Shown here: positions 40,934 to 52,462 of the stretch, one piece after another
How positions within the stretch are numbered: position 1 is the first letter of the stretch
Layout: each line of letters opens with the position of its first letter
NCBI GenBank assembly: GCA_023441965.1
Contig: JAEZNB010000078.1
Span: 3,538-67,537, forward strand
Length of the DNA stretch: 64,000 nt
Direction of reading: 5' to 3'
Source of the DNA: Bacillota bacterium
Lineage (GTDB): Bacteria; Bacillota; Clostridia; Lachnospirales; Lachnospiraceae
Program-made: the position numbers and the translations under genes
Notes under the pieces: generated by a model
The model's database searches: none
What the model was told of the DNA's origin: nothing
What the model saw: the letters and a program-made list of their open reading frames with translations, nothing else

Positions 40934-42463
40934 ATGCATATGAGAAAGCACAGATTGAATACGGATACGGAAGTGAATCTCTATATCCGGGAGGTTCAAA
41001 AGGTGAAAGACATCATCAGCAGAATGACTCAGGGGGATTTGGAGCATAGGCTGGAGGAGGAAGAGTTCGGAGTACTGGGGGACCTGGCAGGGGATATTAA
41101 CGGAATCGGTTCCATCCTGAACGATTATGTGAATGAGATTTCCCATGTATTATCCCATCTTTCTGCAGGTAATATGGCAGTTGCTTTTTCGGAGGAGATT
41201 CAGTTTCGGGGAGATTTTCTGCCTGTGAAAAATGCCCTTCATAAGATAAAGCATTCGCTGAATCGGTCCTTTCAGGAGATACACCAGTTATCCCGTGACA
41301 TTGATCAGATGACCGGGAGGGTGGAAAACGGCTCCTCCATGATTGCACAGGATTCCATCAAGCAGAAGGAGCTGATCCGCGACCTTACCGATACAATCAG
41401 CGATATAGCAGGTCAGACGGATGCAAATGCCGCAGATGCTTCAGAGGTTGCAAAAAATGCTGCAGATATCAGAAGAGAAACGGAGACCGGAAGAGAGTAT
41501 ATGGATCAAATGATGGTATCAATTCAGAGGGTTACGGAATCCTCTAAGGACATCTCATCGATTATTGAGATTTTGAAGGGCCTGGCGCGGCAGACCAAGC
41601 TCCTGTCCCTGAATGCAGCTATTGAAGCGGCCAGAGCCGGTGAAGAAGGAAGAGGCTTTTCTGTCGTGGCGGAGGAGGTTGGGCTTCTGGCCTCAAAAAG
41701 TGAGCTTGCCGTCCGCCAGACAACAGACCTGATCAATAACAGCATCATGAGCAGCAAAGTCTGCGCCGAGGTAGCAGGCAGGACCGCAAAGAGCTTCGCT
41801 TCCATCCAGACCTCCATCGAGACCCTTGCCGGACTCTGCGGGAATATTGCGGTGAGCTGTACGGATCAGGCACATAAAATCAATATGACCAGCTCCATCA
41901 TATCCAATATTTATGAGGTATCGCAAAGCTATTCCTCTTATGCACAGGCGAACAAGAGTGATGCCTTAAGTCTGACGGAATTATCCGGCAGACTAAGGGA
42001 GGTTTTGAAGAGATATCATCTGTCGGATCAGGCGGAGGACTCCAGGAACAGGGAGATCAGTAAGGACCTGACCAAACCCCTGATGGATTACTTGGCCGAT
42101 CTTTTAAGGCAGACCGGTTCTATTGAGGAAATGAACCTTGTCCTGGAGAGGGAAATCATGGATCGGCGGGATGTGGAATGTATGTATGTGATCGGAGAAG
42201 ACGGAAGGCAGATTACAAAGACGATTCTAAATCCGGAAATCATCATGGAACAGGATGAAAACTTCAAGCCGGCCCTGCCCGGGGATTATCACGGGGACAA
42301 GAAGTATTTCAGGCAGGCGGTAAAGCATCCGGAAGACCTTTATTGCTCCCGCGAGTATATCTCCACTGCCACAGGAGGTCTGTGCAGAACCTTGTCCTTC
42401 CTGTGCCGGGGATCGGAGGATAGGTCCTTTGTCATCTGTATCGACCTGATCTGCAGTTTTTAG
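40934..42463 (+). CDS. Soluble methyl-accepting chemotaxis protein with C-terminal PAS/Cache-like domain
   Basis: [34 protein letters not shown]-like N-terminus; no TM segment. Confidence 0.85.
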   Translation: MHMRKHRLNTDTEVNLYIREVQKVKDIISRMTQGDLEHRLEEEEFGVLGDLAGDINGIGSILNDYVNEISHVLSHLSAGNMAVAFSEEIQFRGDFLPVKNALHKIKHSLNRSFQEIHQLSRDIDQMTGRVENGSSMIAQDSIKQKELIRDLTDTISDIAGQTDANAADASEVAKNAADIRRETETGREYMDQMMVSIQRVTESSKDISSIIEILKGLARQTKLLSLNAAIEAARAGEEGRGFSVVAEEVGLLASKSELAVRQTTDLINNSIMSSKVCAEVAGRTAKSFASIQTSIETLAGLCGNIAVSCTDQAHKINMTSSIISNIYEVSQSYSSYAQANKSDALSLTELSGRLREVLKRYHLSDQAEDSRNREISKDLTKPLMDYLADLLRQTGSIEEMNLVLEREIMDRRDVECMYVIGEDGRQITKTILNPEIIMEQDENFKPALPGDYHGDKKYFRQAVKHPEDLYCSREYISTATGGLCRTLSFLCRGSEDRSFVICIDLICSF

Positions 42464-42538
42464 GTAAATAAAGCCTTTAAATTAGCTCCTATCTTTGTTA
42501 TAATAGCTTAATAAGAGTTCTTACGAAGGGATGAAACC

Positions 42539-43573
42539 ATGGGCAAGAATATTACGATGAAGGACGTTGCGATGCAACTGGGAGTCAGCACGGTAACTGT
42601 GTCCAAGGCACTTTCCAACCGGGAGGGCGTCAGTGAGGCAGTCCGTACCATGATAAAGCAGAAAGCGGATGAGATGGGCTATCGTTACAATACTATGGCG
42701 AAGAGTATGAAGGATGGAATGAACTATAATATCGGCATCCTTGTGGCAGAGCAGTTCATGCATGAGAGTGCCTTCTATTCCAAGATGTATCAGCAGCTGA
42801 TGAAGGATCTCATGGCTCTTCAGTTCTTCGGAATTCTGGAGGTAATCTCCGAAGAAGCCGAAAAGAACGGTATCCTGCCCCATGTACTTCAGAATAATAA
42901 GGTAGATGGCCTCATCCTCCTGGGTCAGATGCGCAGGAGCTACCTGGAACGGATTGAAGCAGCAGGCTTACCTTTTATTTTTCTTGATTTTAATGACGAC
43001 CATTTCCAAGTGGACACCATAGTAAGCGACTCCTTCTACGGAGCCTACGAGCTTACAAATTACCTGATTTCCCTGGGACATACAAGGATTGGCTTTGTAG
43101 GAACCATCAATGCTACCGGCAGTATTATGGATCGCTATATCGGATATTATAAAGCTCTGCTAAAGAATGGAATTCGGGTCAGAGAGGAGTGGATTCTCAA
43201 GGACAGGGATGAGGACGGAAGCTTTGTGGATTTTGTCCTGCCCGCTAATATGCCGACTGCCTTTGTCTGTAATTGTGATGAGGTTGCCTATTATTTTATT
43301 CAGGAGCTGAAGCGGTCCGGATACAGGGTTCCGGAGGATATCTCTGTGGTCGGCTATGATAATTACATCCATGCGACCTTAAGCAGTCCTCAGATTACTA
43401 CGGTGGAAGTGGATGTGGAGGTTATGTCCGAGAGTGCGGTAAATTCCATTATAAAGCGCATTAAGAATACCCATCAGGAATGCGGACGGAAGGTCATCAG
43501 CGGACGAATCGTCCTCCGGGATTCCGCTGGGCCGGCTCCACGGAATATTACCGGCAAAGGCATTGACAAATAA
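42539..43573 (+). CDS. LacI-family transcriptional regulator
   Basis: ITMKDVAMQLGVSTVTVSKAL HTH; VPEDISVVGYD. Confidence 0.93.
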   Translation: MGKNITMKDVAMQLGVSTVTVSKALSNREGVSEAVRTMIKQKADEMGYRYNTMAKSMKDGMNYNIGILVAEQFMHESAFYSKMYQQLMKDLMALQFFGILEVISEEAEKNGILPHVLQNNKVDGLILLGQMRRSYLERIEAAGLPFIFLDFNDDHFQVDTIVSDSFYGAYELTNYLISLGHTRIGFVGTINATGSIMDRYIGYYKALLKNGIRVREEWILKDRDEDGSFVDFVLPANMPTAFVCNCDEVAYYFIQELKRSGYRVPEDISVVGYDNYIHATLSSPQITTVEVDVEVMSESAVNSIIKRIKNTHQECGRKVISGRIVLRDSAGPAPRNITGKGIDK

Positions 43574-43673
43574 GAAGACTTTGATTAGAATTAAATAAAG
43601 TTATCGATAACCTTAATGTCTCGGATAAAACCGGGACATTAATCATGGGGATGAGATGCATAAGGAGGACGGA

Positions 43674-44618
43674 ATGAAAGAGATTATATTCCTGGAACCG
43701 GTATTCAAGACGATGATATGGGGAGGAAACCGCCTTCGGAGGGAGTTCGGCTATTCCATACCGGATAATCATACGGGAGAATGCTGGGCTATCAGTGCTC
43801 ACCCAAACGGTGACTGCAGAATCAGAAGCGGAGCTTATGAGGGAAGAACCTTAAGCTGGCTATGGAAGAATCATAGGGAGCTATTTGGGAATCTAGGCGG
43901 AGAGGTCTTTCCTCTGCTGGTAAAAATCATAGATGCCAAGGAGGACTTAAGTATCCAGGTCCATCCCGACGATGTCTATGCGAAGGAGAAGGAGGGCGGA
44001 GCCCTGGGAAAGACCGAGTGCTGGTATATCTTGGATTGCCCTGAGCAGGGGACCCTGGTTCTGGGACATAATGCCGGGGATCAGGAGGAGCTGAAAACGC
44101 TGATCACAGAGAAGCGGTGGAAGGAGCTCATTCGTCTGAAGCCGATCAAAAAGGGCGATTTTCTGCAGATCGAGCCCGGTACGGTCCATGCGATCAAGGC
44201 CGGTACCATGCTGCTGGAAACCCAGCAGAGCAGTGATATCACCTATCGGCTCTATGATTATGACCGGCTGGAGCATGGGAAGCCCAGGCAGCTGCACCTG
44301 CCCCAAAGTATGGAGGTCATCCGTTGTCCCCATGTGGATCCGCAGGTGGATGCTAAGGTTACAGACTATGGAGACTGCAGGGAGGAAGAGTTGATCCGCT
44401 GCAGCTACTATACGGTAACGAAGCTTACCCTTCAGGGGAAACAGGAGTTAAAACAGGTTCATAGCTTTCTGAATGTCAGTGTGATTCAGGGAGGGGGTAC
44501 CATTGATGGTATCCCGATCAGAAAAGGAGATCATTTCATTCTGCCTTCAGGCTATGGTATCTACCTGCTTGAAGGGGAGCTGGAGCTGATCGAATCCTAT
44601 GTAACCATGAATGAATAA
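43674..44618 (+). CDS. manA: Mannose-6-phosphate isomerase, class I
   Basis: IWGG, GECWAISAH, LSIQVHPDD, KTECWY, QSSDITYRLYDY. Confidence 0.93.
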   Translation: MKEIIFLEPVFKTMIWGGNRLRREFGYSIPDNHTGECWAISAHPNGDCRIRSGAYEGRTLSWLWKNHRELFGNLGGEVFPLLVKIIDAKEDLSIQVHPDDVYAKEKEGGALGKTECWYILDCPEQGTLVLGHNAGDQEELKTLITEKRWKELIRLKPIKKGDFLQIEPGTVHAIKAGTMLLETQQSSDITYRLYDYDRLEHGKPRQLHLPQSMEVIRCPHVDPQVDAKVTDYGDCREEELIRCSYYTVTKLTLQGKQELKQVHSFLNVSVIQGGGTIDGIPIRKGDHFILPSGYGIYLLEGELELIESYVTMNE

Positions 44619-44640
44619 ATGATGGCGGGAGGTCATTACA

Positions 44641-45807
44641 TTGCGTGAAGCAGAGATAAGGCGACATCTGGTACAGAACATCATCCCTTTTTGGAAGGGA
44701 ATGAAGGATAACAGCCTGGGCGGTTATTATGGTGAGATGGATTTCCACCTGAAGCTGAATAAGAACGCAGCCAAGGGTGCGATCCTGAACAGCAGGATCC
44801 TCTGGTTTTTTTCCAATGCCTATGCAATCACAACAGATGCAGACTGTCTCCGGCATGCGGACCATGCCTACGAGTTCTTAAAGGAGGCCTTTTATGACAA
44901 GGAGTATGGAGGCTTATATTGGTCCGTTACCTGTGATGGACAGCCTCTGGACACGACCAAGCATACCTATAACCAAGCATTTGCCATCTATGGTCTTGCA
45001 TCCTATTATGCAGTATCGGAGAATGAGGAGGCCCTGAAGCTGGCTTATGAGCTGGTAGACCTGATCGAAAGCAGATGCCGTGATGCAGGGGGCTATCTGG
45101 AGGCCTTCGACCGCTCCTTTCAACCGGTATCCAATGAGAAGCTGTCAGAGAACGGTGTTCTGGCAGAAAGGACCATGAATACCCTGCTCCATATTTTTGA
45201 AGCCTATACTGAGCTCTACCGGGTGGACGGAAACGAACGGATCGCTGATTGGATGAAGCAGATTCTGGATATCTTTGCTACCAAGATCTATAATCCCAAG
45301 AAAAGGAGATTGGAGGTCTTCTTTGACCGGGATATGAATACCCTGATCGATCTGAACTCCTATGGACATGATATTGAAGCAGCCTGGCTTTTGGATCGGG
45401 GCTGTGAGCTGCTGGCCAATGATGTATACAGAGCAAAGATCTCAACCATCACGAAGAACCTGACGGCACGGATTCTGGAGATCGCATATGACGGAACCTC
45501 TCTCTTCAATGAGTGCTGTAAGGGAGAGCTGGATACCAGAAAGGTCTGGTGGGTCCAGGCGGAAGCCATTGTCGGTTTTCTGAATGGCTACCAGAAGACC
45601 GGCGGTATCAAATTCAAATACGCTGCCTGCAATACCTGGGATTTTATCAAGAACTACATATTGGACAAAAGACCGGGCTCTGAGTGGCTCAATGAAGTGG
45701 ATCGCTATGGCAAGCCTTTTCCGAAGGAAATCGCAGGACTTTGGAAATGCCCTTATCATAATGGGCGGATGTGTATTGAAGTTATCAAAAGAAATGTGTA
45801 CTTCTAA
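44641..45807 (+). CDS. AGE-family epimerase (cellobiose/mannobiose 2-epimerase)
   Basis: [37 protein letters not shown]. Confidence 0.92.
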   Translation: MREAEIRRHLVQNIIPFWKGMKDNSLGGYYGEMDFHLKLNKNAAKGAILNSRILWFFSNAYAITTDADCLRHADHAYEFLKEAFYDKEYGGLYWSVTCDGQPLDTTKHTYNQAFAIYGLASYYAVSENEEALKLAYELVDLIESRCRDAGGYLEAFDRSFQPVSNEKLSENGVLAERTMNTLLHIFEAYTELYRVDGNERIADWMKQILDIFATKIYNPKKRRLEVFFDRDMNTLIDLNSYGHDIEAAWLLDRGCELLANDVYRAKISTITKNLTARILEIAYDGTSLFNECCKGELDTRKVWWVQAEAIVGFLNGYQKTGGIKFKYAACNTWDFIKNYILDKRPGSEWLNEVDRYGKPFPKEIAGLWKCPYHNGRMCIEVIKRNVYF

Positions 45808-45817
45808 AGGAGGAGCC

Positions 45818-46987
45818 ATGCATCCGAGATATCAAACCGAATATGAGAACTATCTTAAACTGATTCAGAAGAAAAATTGTATCAAGGAAGAATATAACGG
45901 ACTTTTTGAACGCTATCAGAATCCGGTACTGACCAGCAGTCATATCCCCCTCTTCTGGAGGTATGACCTGGACGAAAGCAGAAATCCCTTTTTCATGGAA
46001 CGCTTAGGAGTCAATGCGGTCTTTAATTCCGGAGCCCTGAAGCTGAACGGTAAATACTATCTGGTGGCGAGAATAGAGGGGAATGACCGTAAGTCCTTCT
46101 TTGGTGTGGCAGAGAGTGACAGTCCGGTGGAGGGCTTTCGTTTCCTGGATTACCCGGTGGTGCTGCCTGATACCTGCCCGCAGGAGACCAATGTTTATGA
46201 TATGCGCCTGACCAAGCATGAGGATGGCTTTATCTACGGAGTCTTCTGCTCGGAGAGCAAGGACCTTCAGAATCCGGACCTGTCCGCAGCCGTAGCAGAG
46301 GCAGGAATCGTCAGGACCAAGGATCTTCTGCACTGGGAAAGACTGAATAACCTTAGGACCCTGCATTCTCCCCAACAACGGAATGTAGTTCTGCATCCGG
46401 AATTTGTGAACGGTAAGTATATGTTCTATACGAGACCTATGGATGGCTTCATAGAGACCGGCTCCGGCGGAGGAATCGGTGTCGGCTTCTGCGATGACAT
46501 CAACCATGCAGTGATCGGAGAGGAGCTTATCACCAGCAGAAGGAAGTACCATACCATCACAGAGGCGAAGAACGGGGCCGGTGCTGTTCCGATTAAGACA
46601 GACCGGGGTTGGATCCACATCGCCCATGGAGTCAGGAATACAGCCGCAGGTCTGCGTTATGTCCTTTATATCTTTGCGACAGACTTAAAAGATCCCAGCA
46701 AGGTGATTGCAGAGCCCTCGGGCTATTTTCTGGCACCGCAGGGAGAGGAAAGAGTGGGTGACGTATCGAACGTTGTCTTTTCCAATGGTGCCATCACGGA
46801 CGGGGACGGAAGCGTATATATCTATTATGCCTCCTCTGATACCCGCCTGCATGTGGCCTCTACCACCCTGGACCGCCTGATCGACTATACCTTCCATACG
46901 CCTTCCGATCCCCTGCGCTCAGCAGAATGTGTCAGACAACGGTGTGACTTGATCAGAAGTAACCTTGAGCTGATGTATAAGGGCTAA
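45818..46987 (+). CDS. GH130 4-O-beta-D-mannosyl-D-glucose phosphorylase (GH130_1)
   Basis: [42 protein letters not shown]; start after AAGGAGG. Confidence 0.9.
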   Translation: MHPRYQTEYENYLKLIQKKNCIKEEYNGLFERYQNPVLTSSHIPLFWRYDLDESRNPFFMERLGVNAVFNSGALKLNGKYYLVARIEGNDRKSFFGVAESDSPVEGFRFLDYPVVLPDTCPQETNVYDMRLTKHEDGFIYGVFCSESKDLQNPDLSAAVAEAGIVRTKDLLHWERLNNLRTLHSPQQRNVVLHPEFVNGKYMFYTRPMDGFIETGSGGGIGVGFCDDINHAVIGEELITSRRKYHTITEAKNGAGAVPIKTDRGWIHIAHGVRNTAAGLRYVLYIFATDLKDPSKVIAEPSGYFLAPQGEERVGDVSNVVFSNGAITDGDGSVYIYYASSDTRLHVASTTLDRLIDYTFHTPSDPLRSAECVRQRCDLIRSNLELMYKG

Positions 46988-47087
46988 GGAATGCGGAATG
47001 TACTTACCTTTTACATAGCTTTGCATTAGTGTAGGATAGGGTAAAATTGTGCTTGAAAAAGTTGAAATAATGTAGTAAACTTCCATT

Positions 47088-47115
47088 ATGCAATAATCTG
47101 TGCATATTCTGCACA
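47088..47115. promoter_or_regulatory. Candidate operator, copy 1
   Basis: ATGCAATAATCTGTGCA..., includes TGTGCA-N5-TGCACA palindrome; near-identical to 48427-48455. Confidence 0.55.
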
Positions 47116-47206
47116 TATTTTACTGCAATGTACTATATTTGCATAAGCAATGTGCAAAATTTGGTAATCATACGCAGGATTTATCATAACTTTGGAAGGA
47201 GAAGCT

Positions 47207-48250
47207 ATGAAGAAGGTAACCATACAGGATGTAGCCAGGGAACTGCATTTGTCACGGAATACAGTCGCCAAGGCATTGAATAATAGTGATACGGTCTCTT
47301 ATGAGACCAGATATGTCGTAATCGAGAAGGCGTATGAGATGGGATATTCCAAGCTGTCGCCGGTTGTCTTAAATGAATTTAAGCTGCGGAATAAAATCGA
47401 TGAGACAAAGACGATTGTAGTCCTGACCCGCAGAGAGATTTCGGTATTCTGGAACAGCATCATCATGGGGATATCGGATGAATTGAATAAATATGGCTGT
47501 AAGCTGCAGTTTAATTTTATCAGTGAACAGGATGAGAAGAATCTGGTTCTGCCCCTGGATCTTCAGGCAGAGATCAGTGGTATTATCATCCTCAGTGTTT
47601 TTTCCGGGGAGTACATCGAACAGATCATGAAGCAAAGCATACCCGTCGTATTCCTGGATGCTCCCGCAGATGTCGACAGCATATCCGATTACGGAGACAT
47701 CATCATCTGCGAGGGTAAGAGCAGTACCAAGAGAATCACATCGGATCTGATTGCCAAGGGCATGAAGAAGATCGGCTTCGTCGGAGATATCACCTATTGT
47801 AAGTCCATCCATGACCGCTATCGGGGTTATATCAGTGCCTTGGAGGAAGCGGGTATCGTACCGGAGGATGGGATTGTGGCTGCTTACCATGCTGCCCGTA
47901 AATTCTATAAAAATGATGAGGTGGAGGAAGCTCTGGCCAAATTCCCGTATCTGCCGGAGGCGATTGTCTGTGCCAATGATGACATTGCCATGTATGTCAT
48001 CCGCTGCTTAAATGGCAGGGGTTTATCCGTACCGGGAGATGTGGCTGTTACCGGCTATGACAATGTCGAAGGGATGTCTCAGGCGGAACCCTTCCTGACC
48101 ACAGTCCGTGTCGGGAATCAGCGTTTGGGGAGAAGATTGGTACAGCAGCTGATGTGGAGAATCCAAAATCCGAACTTTCCAAAGGAGCTGGTTTATATCG
48201 GAGTGGAGGTAATCTTCCGTCAGTCCTCCAACAGGACAAGTGCACAATAA
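47207..48250 (+). CDS. LacI-family transcriptional regulator
   Basis: VTIQDVARELHLSRNTVAKAL HTH; VPGDVAVTGYD. Confidence 0.93.
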   Translation: MKKVTIQDVARELHLSRNTVAKALNNSDTVSYETRYVVIEKAYEMGYSKLSPVVLNEFKLRNKIDETKTIVVLTRREISVFWNSIIMGISDELNKYGCKLQFNFISEQDEKNLVLPLDLQAEISGIIILSVFSGEYIEQIMKQSIPVVFLDAPADVDSISDYGDIIICEGKSSTKRITSDLIAKGMKKIGFVGDITYCKSIHDRYRGYISALEEAGIVPEDGIVAAYHAARKFYKNDEVEEALAKFPYLPEAIVCANDDIAMYVIRCLNGRGLSVPGDVAVTGYDNVEGMSQAEPFLTTVRVGNQRLGRRLVQQLMWRIQNPNFPKELVYIGVEVIFRQSSNRTSAQ

Positions 48251-48378
48251 AAAGCAAATACCGGAAAGCCGGTACAGGCACCTTATGCAGGCCCAAATGC
48301 ACAGATAAGCTGTGTGCAGGGCGGCAGGAAGGTGCTTTTTTTGTGCAGAAAATGTGAGCAAAACAAGCAAAAGAAGTA

Positions 48379-48455
48379 TTGTCATTTATATGTAAATATG
48401 CTACAATGCACACATAGGGTAATAAAATGCAATAATTTATGCACGGATATGCACG
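48379..48455 (+). promoter_or_regulatory. Sigma-A promoter of the transporter operon plus candidate operator, copy 2
   Basis: TTGTCA(48379)-17-TACAAT(48402) with extended TG; ATGCAATAATTTATGCA at 48427-48443. Confidence 0.6.
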
Positions 48456-48479
48456 ATAAATAGGGAAGGAGACAGCAGC

Positions 48480-51392
48480 ATGGGAATGTCGAGACGGAGG
48501 AAGCAACTGCTGGCGGTAATGCTCATTGCCGCGTTAAGCTGCAGTAATATCATAGCCGGTAGGGATACGGCCAGTGCTAAGACCGATACTTCTCTGGAAG
48601 AATATATGGAGCTATTCAACAGAAATACTGTCGATAGCGTGGATTATAAGGATTATCTTTCTGATTACGATAGGTCGAAGAGGCCGGCTGCTGAGTATGT
48701 CATCGAGGCCGGGGACTATGTTCGGGCAGATGGGATGGTGCCTGTTCTCTTTACAGATTATGAAGGGATGGAAGGAGTCTCGGTTTATACCGAGGAACAA
48801 GGCCTGATAGAATATGAGGTAGAGATCGAGGAGGAAGGCTTCTATGAGCTCTCCTTGCTGTATTATCCGGTGGAAGGCAAGAGTGCCTCCATTCAGAGAG
48901 GTATCTTTATCGATGGTATGTTGCCCTTCAGCCAGCTTGATCTGGTGGAATTCTCCCGGATCTGGGTCAATGAGTCTGAGACCTGGGAGCGGGACAATCG
49001 GGGCAATGACCTGAAGCCCAAGCAGGTGGAGGCTCCCCGGTGGATCACCGGTTATCTTTTTGACAGCGAGGGCTATGAGACCAGAAGGCTCTCCATCTAT
49101 TTCACGGAAGGGACCCATACGATCACTCTGTATTCCCGTAGAGAACCAATGCTGTTAAGAAGACTTATTCTGAACAATCCGGAGCAGATCCGGAGCTACG
49201 ATGAGACTAAGGCGGAATGGGATGCGACAGGGGCGGTCGATTCGACCGGCCAACTGGTGACCATTCATGCTGAAGAAGCAGACCGTAAATCCTCGCAGAT
49301 GCTGTATCCTTCCCAGGATAAATCCTCACCTGCCGTATATCCCTATAGTGCAAAGCAGTTAAGGAATAATACGATCGGCAGTAATTCCAGCTGGAGAATC
49401 GTGGGACAATGGCTGGAATGGGACTTTGAAGTGGAACAGACCGGCTATTATTACATCACCTTACATGCCCGTCAGAACTTCGTCAGAGGGATCTACACCT
49501 CAAGAAAGGTAATGATGGATGGTGAGGTGCCCTTTGAGGAGCTGGCCGATTATGGCTTCAAATACAAGGATTCCTGGCATATGTCTACCTTCCGGGAGGG
49601 GGAAGGAGAAAAATATAAGTTTTATCTGGAGAAGGGAAGTCATACCCTCCGAATGGAAGTGGTACTCGGTGATTTCTCCGAAATCATTGCCGAGGTCCAG
49701 GAATCGGTGCTGGACCTGAATGCCATCTACCGTAAGGTTATCCGGATCACGGGAGTGGAGCCGGATCAGTATCGTGATTATAACCTGGAGGAGAGTATTC
49801 CGGGACTTAGGGAGGAGCTGATTGCGGTAAGGGATCGGCTAAATTCTTCCATTGATTCGCTGCTTACCGTAGCCGGGAACCGCAGTAACCGGGAAGCTGC
49901 TCTGACCACTATGGTGGAGGAGCTGAACTTCCTGATCGGGGATGTAGAGAGATTTACCAAGTCCCTGGCTGCCTATAAGCTCGATATGAGCGCCTTGGGC
50001 AACTGGATTACCCAGGTTCTGGACCAGCCTCTGGCCCTGGATACCATTTATGTCCACTCGCCGGATCAGCCGGTACCCAAGGTGAAAAATTCCTTATGGG
50101 ACCGTTTCTTACATATGCTCAAGACCCTCTTTTATTCCTTTATCATAGATTACAATACCATCGGCAATGTAGCGAAGAAGGAGGAAGAGAGCAGGCAGCT
50201 TACCGTCTGGATCGGCTCGGGCAGAGATCAAGCCAATATACTCAAGGCACTGATCGATGAAAGCTTCACTCCGGAAACCAATATTAATGTCAATGTGCAG
50301 CTGGTGGATATGGGTACCCTGCTGCAGGCCACCCTTGCCGGTCAGGGGCCGGATGTGGCGGTTCAGGTAGGGAACGAACTGCCGATGAATTACGGCATGA
50401 GAAATGCAGTGGTGGATCTCAACAGATTTTCCGACCTATCCGAGATAAAGGGTTACTTCCGGGAGAGCGCCCTGGTCGCCTACGAATTCGATGGGAAGAT
50501 TTTTGCCCTGCCGGAGACAGAGACCTGCCTGATGATGTTCTACCGGAAGGATATACTGGAGGAGCTCAAGCTTCCGCTTCCGACTACCTGGGATGAGATG
50601 AAGACGGCCCTGTCCGTATTATATAAGAATCAGATGGATCTTGGTATGCTGCCTTCAGAACAGAGCTTTGCGATGCTGCTGTACCAGATGGGCGGGACCT
50701 ACTATAACGAAGCTGCCACCAAGTCCGCACTGGACAGCGATATTGCGGTCCGGGCCTTTAAGGAATACTGCGAATTCTATACAGACTATAAGCTGGAGAG
50801 GGAAGCGCCTGTGGATCAGCGTTTTCGTACCGGAGAAGCGCCGATTATCATAGCAGATTTTACCTTGTACAATCAGCTGCAGGTATCCGCACCGGATATC
50901 AAGGGCTTATGGGGCTTCTCCATGGTACCGGGTACTGTGAAGGAAGACGGAACTGTGGACTACTCCGTAACCAGCACCGGAACTGCCACCATCATGATGG
51001 AGCAGTCGAAGGAGAAGGAAGCAGCCTGGGAGTTTATGAAATGGTGGGTATCCGGCGAGATACAGACCCAGTATGGCCGTGAGATGGAGGCTCTGCTCGG
51101 AGCAGCAGCCCGTTATCCCTCCGCCAACATAGAAGCCTTTGAAGCGCTGCCCTGGCCCTCAGAGGATTACCGGGCCTTGAAGAGCCAATTTGAATGGATC
51201 AAGGGCATCAGACAGGTTCCGGGAGGCTACTACTCCTGGCGTAATGTGAATAATGCCTTCTATAAGGTGGTTATCACCGAGGATAAGGATAAGATGCAGC
51301 CCAGGGAAGCCCTGACTGACTTTATCAGATATATTAATGAAGAGATCACCTTTAAGCGGAAGGAATTCGGACTGCCTACGGCATCCGAATAG
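48480..51392 (+). CDS. Very large extracellular solute-binding protein (two CBM-like beta-sandwich regions, helical region, C-terminal family-1 SBP)
   Basis: Signal peptide; two IEAG/HAEE...GTHTI/GSHTL-type beta-rich repeats; C-terminal GQGPDVA, ALPETETCLMMFYRKDIL, AAWEFMKWW. Confidence 0.82.
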   Translation: MGMSRRRKQLLAVMLIAALSCSNIIAGRDTASAKTDTSLEEYMELFNRNTVDSVDYKDYLSDYDRSKRPAAEYVIEAGDYVRADGMVPVLFTDYEGMEGVSVYTEEQGLIEYEVEIEEEGFYELSLLYYPVEGKSASIQRGIFIDGMLPFSQLDLVEFSRIWVNESETWERDNRGNDLKPKQVEAPRWITGYLFDSEGYETRRLSIYFTEGTHTITLYSRREPMLLRRLILNNPEQIRSYDETKAEWDATGAVDSTGQLVTIHAEEADRKSSQMLYPSQDKSSPAVYPYSAKQLRNNTIGSNSSWRIVGQWLEWDFEVEQTGYYYITLHARQNFVRGIYTSRKVMMDGEVPFEELADYGFKYKDSWHMSTFREGEGEKYKFYLEKGSHTLRMEVVLGDFSEIIAEVQESVLDLNAIYRKVIRITGVEPDQYRDYNLEESIPGLREELIAVRDRLNSSIDSLLTVAGNRSNREAALTTMVEELNFLIGDVERFTKSLAAYKLDMSALGNWITQVLDQPLALDTIYVHSPDQPVPKVKNSLWDRFLHMLKTLFYSFIIDYNTIGNVAKKEEESRQLTVWIGSGRDQANILKALIDESFTPETNINVNVQLVDMGTLLQATLAGQGPDVAVQVGNELPMNYGMRNAVVDLNRFSDLSEIKGYFRESALVAYEFDGKIFALPETETCLMMFYRKDILEELKLPLPTTWDEMKTALSVLYKNQMDLGMLPSEQSFAMLLYQMGGTYYNEAATKSALDSDIAVRAFKEYCEFYTDYKLEREAPVDQRFRTGEAPIIIADFTLYNQLQVSAPDIKGLWGFSMVPGTVKEDGTVDYSVTSTGTATIMMEQSKEKEAAWEFMKWWVSGEIQTQYGREMEALLGAAARYPSANIEAFEALPWPSEDYRALKSQFEWIKGIRQVPGGYYSWRNVNNAFYKVVITEDKDKMQPREALTDFIRYINEEITFKRKEFGLPTASE

Positions 51393-51460
51393 AAGGCTTC
51401 CGTTATCCCGCGGAGCTGAAAGCTCGAAAGGCACCGTGAACCTAAGGCAGGGAGGTCAGA

Positions 51461-52390
51461 ATGAGAAATAAGCAGGATAATTCATATCTTAAGAAGGAAT
51501 GGTCATTAAGCACAAGGATCAGACGGAGCAAAGCCTCATACCTGATGCTGGCGCCTTACTTTATACTGTTCTTCTTATTTACCATATTACCGGTGATTAC
51601 CTCAATCATCTTCAGCTTTACCAACTTTAACGTCCTGGAGCTTCCGGATTTTATCGGCTGGGACAATTATGTCAGGCTCTTCCTTGATGATGTGGTATTT
51701 AAGAAAGCAATTACGAATACTCTGATCTTTGCCGTAATAACCGGTCCGATCAGCTATATCATGTGCCTGCTTTTTGCATGGATCATCAATGAATTCAGGG
51801 GGAAGGTCCGTGCCTTCCTGACCCTGCTCTTCTATGCACCGTCCATATCAGGAAATGCCTATCTGGTATGGAATCTCTTCTTCCGGGGGGACCGTTATGG
51901 ATACCTGAACGGCTTCCTCTTAAAGAACGATTGGATCAATGCGGCAATCGTATGGATGAAGACAGAAAAATATGTGCTGCCCTTCCTGATCGTAGTGCAG
52001 CTCTGGCTCAGTCTCGGAACCGGTTTTCTTACCTTTATTGCCGGTCTTCAGACCATAGATAGGAGTCTCTTTGAAGCGGCAGCGGTGGATGGTATCAAGA
52101 ACCGCTGGCAGGAGCTGTGGTATGTGACTCTGCCCTCCATGAAGCCGCAGCTGATGTTCGGTGCGGTGATGCAGATCACCCAGTCCTTTGCCGTGGCGGA
52201 TATTTCGATTAACCTGGCGGGCAATCCCAGCGTCAATTATGCCGGTACCACAGTGGTAACCCATCTGTTGGACTATGGCTCCATCCGTTATGAAATGGGT
52301 TATGCCGCGGCAATTGCTTCAGTTCTGTTCCTCTTGATGATCGGCTCGAATAAGCTGATTCAGAGACTTTTGAAAAAGGTCGGAAGCTGA
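51461..52390 (+). CDS. Carbohydrate ABC permease (MalF-type)
   Basis: FIGWDNY, EAA loop LFEAAAVDG. Confidence 0.92.
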   Translation: MRNKQDNSYLKKEWSLSTRIRRSKASYLMLAPYFILFFLFTILPVITSIIFSFTNFNVLELPDFIGWDNYVRLFLDDVVFKKAITNTLIFAVITGPISYIMCLLFAWIINEFRGKVRAFLTLLFYAPSISGNAYLVWNLFFRGDRYGYLNGFLLKNDWINAAIVWMKTEKYVLPFLIVVQLWLSLGTGFLTFIAGLQTIDRSLFEAAAVDGIKNRWQELWYVTLPSMKPQLMFGAVMQITQSFAVADISINLAGNPSVNYAGTTVVTHLLDYGSIRYEMGYAAAIASVLFLLMIGSNKLIQRLLKKVGS

Positions 52391-52462
52391 TGTAGGGCTT
52401 CCGCTTCACAAAGCGTATTCATATTTACAGTAGATGCAGCAAGCATATGCAGTTGGGAGGCT

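Noticed and set aside
45584..45817. 78-aa N-terminal extension of GH130_1
   Set aside because: Overlaps the epimerase gene; a strong AAGGAGG RBS supports ATG 45818
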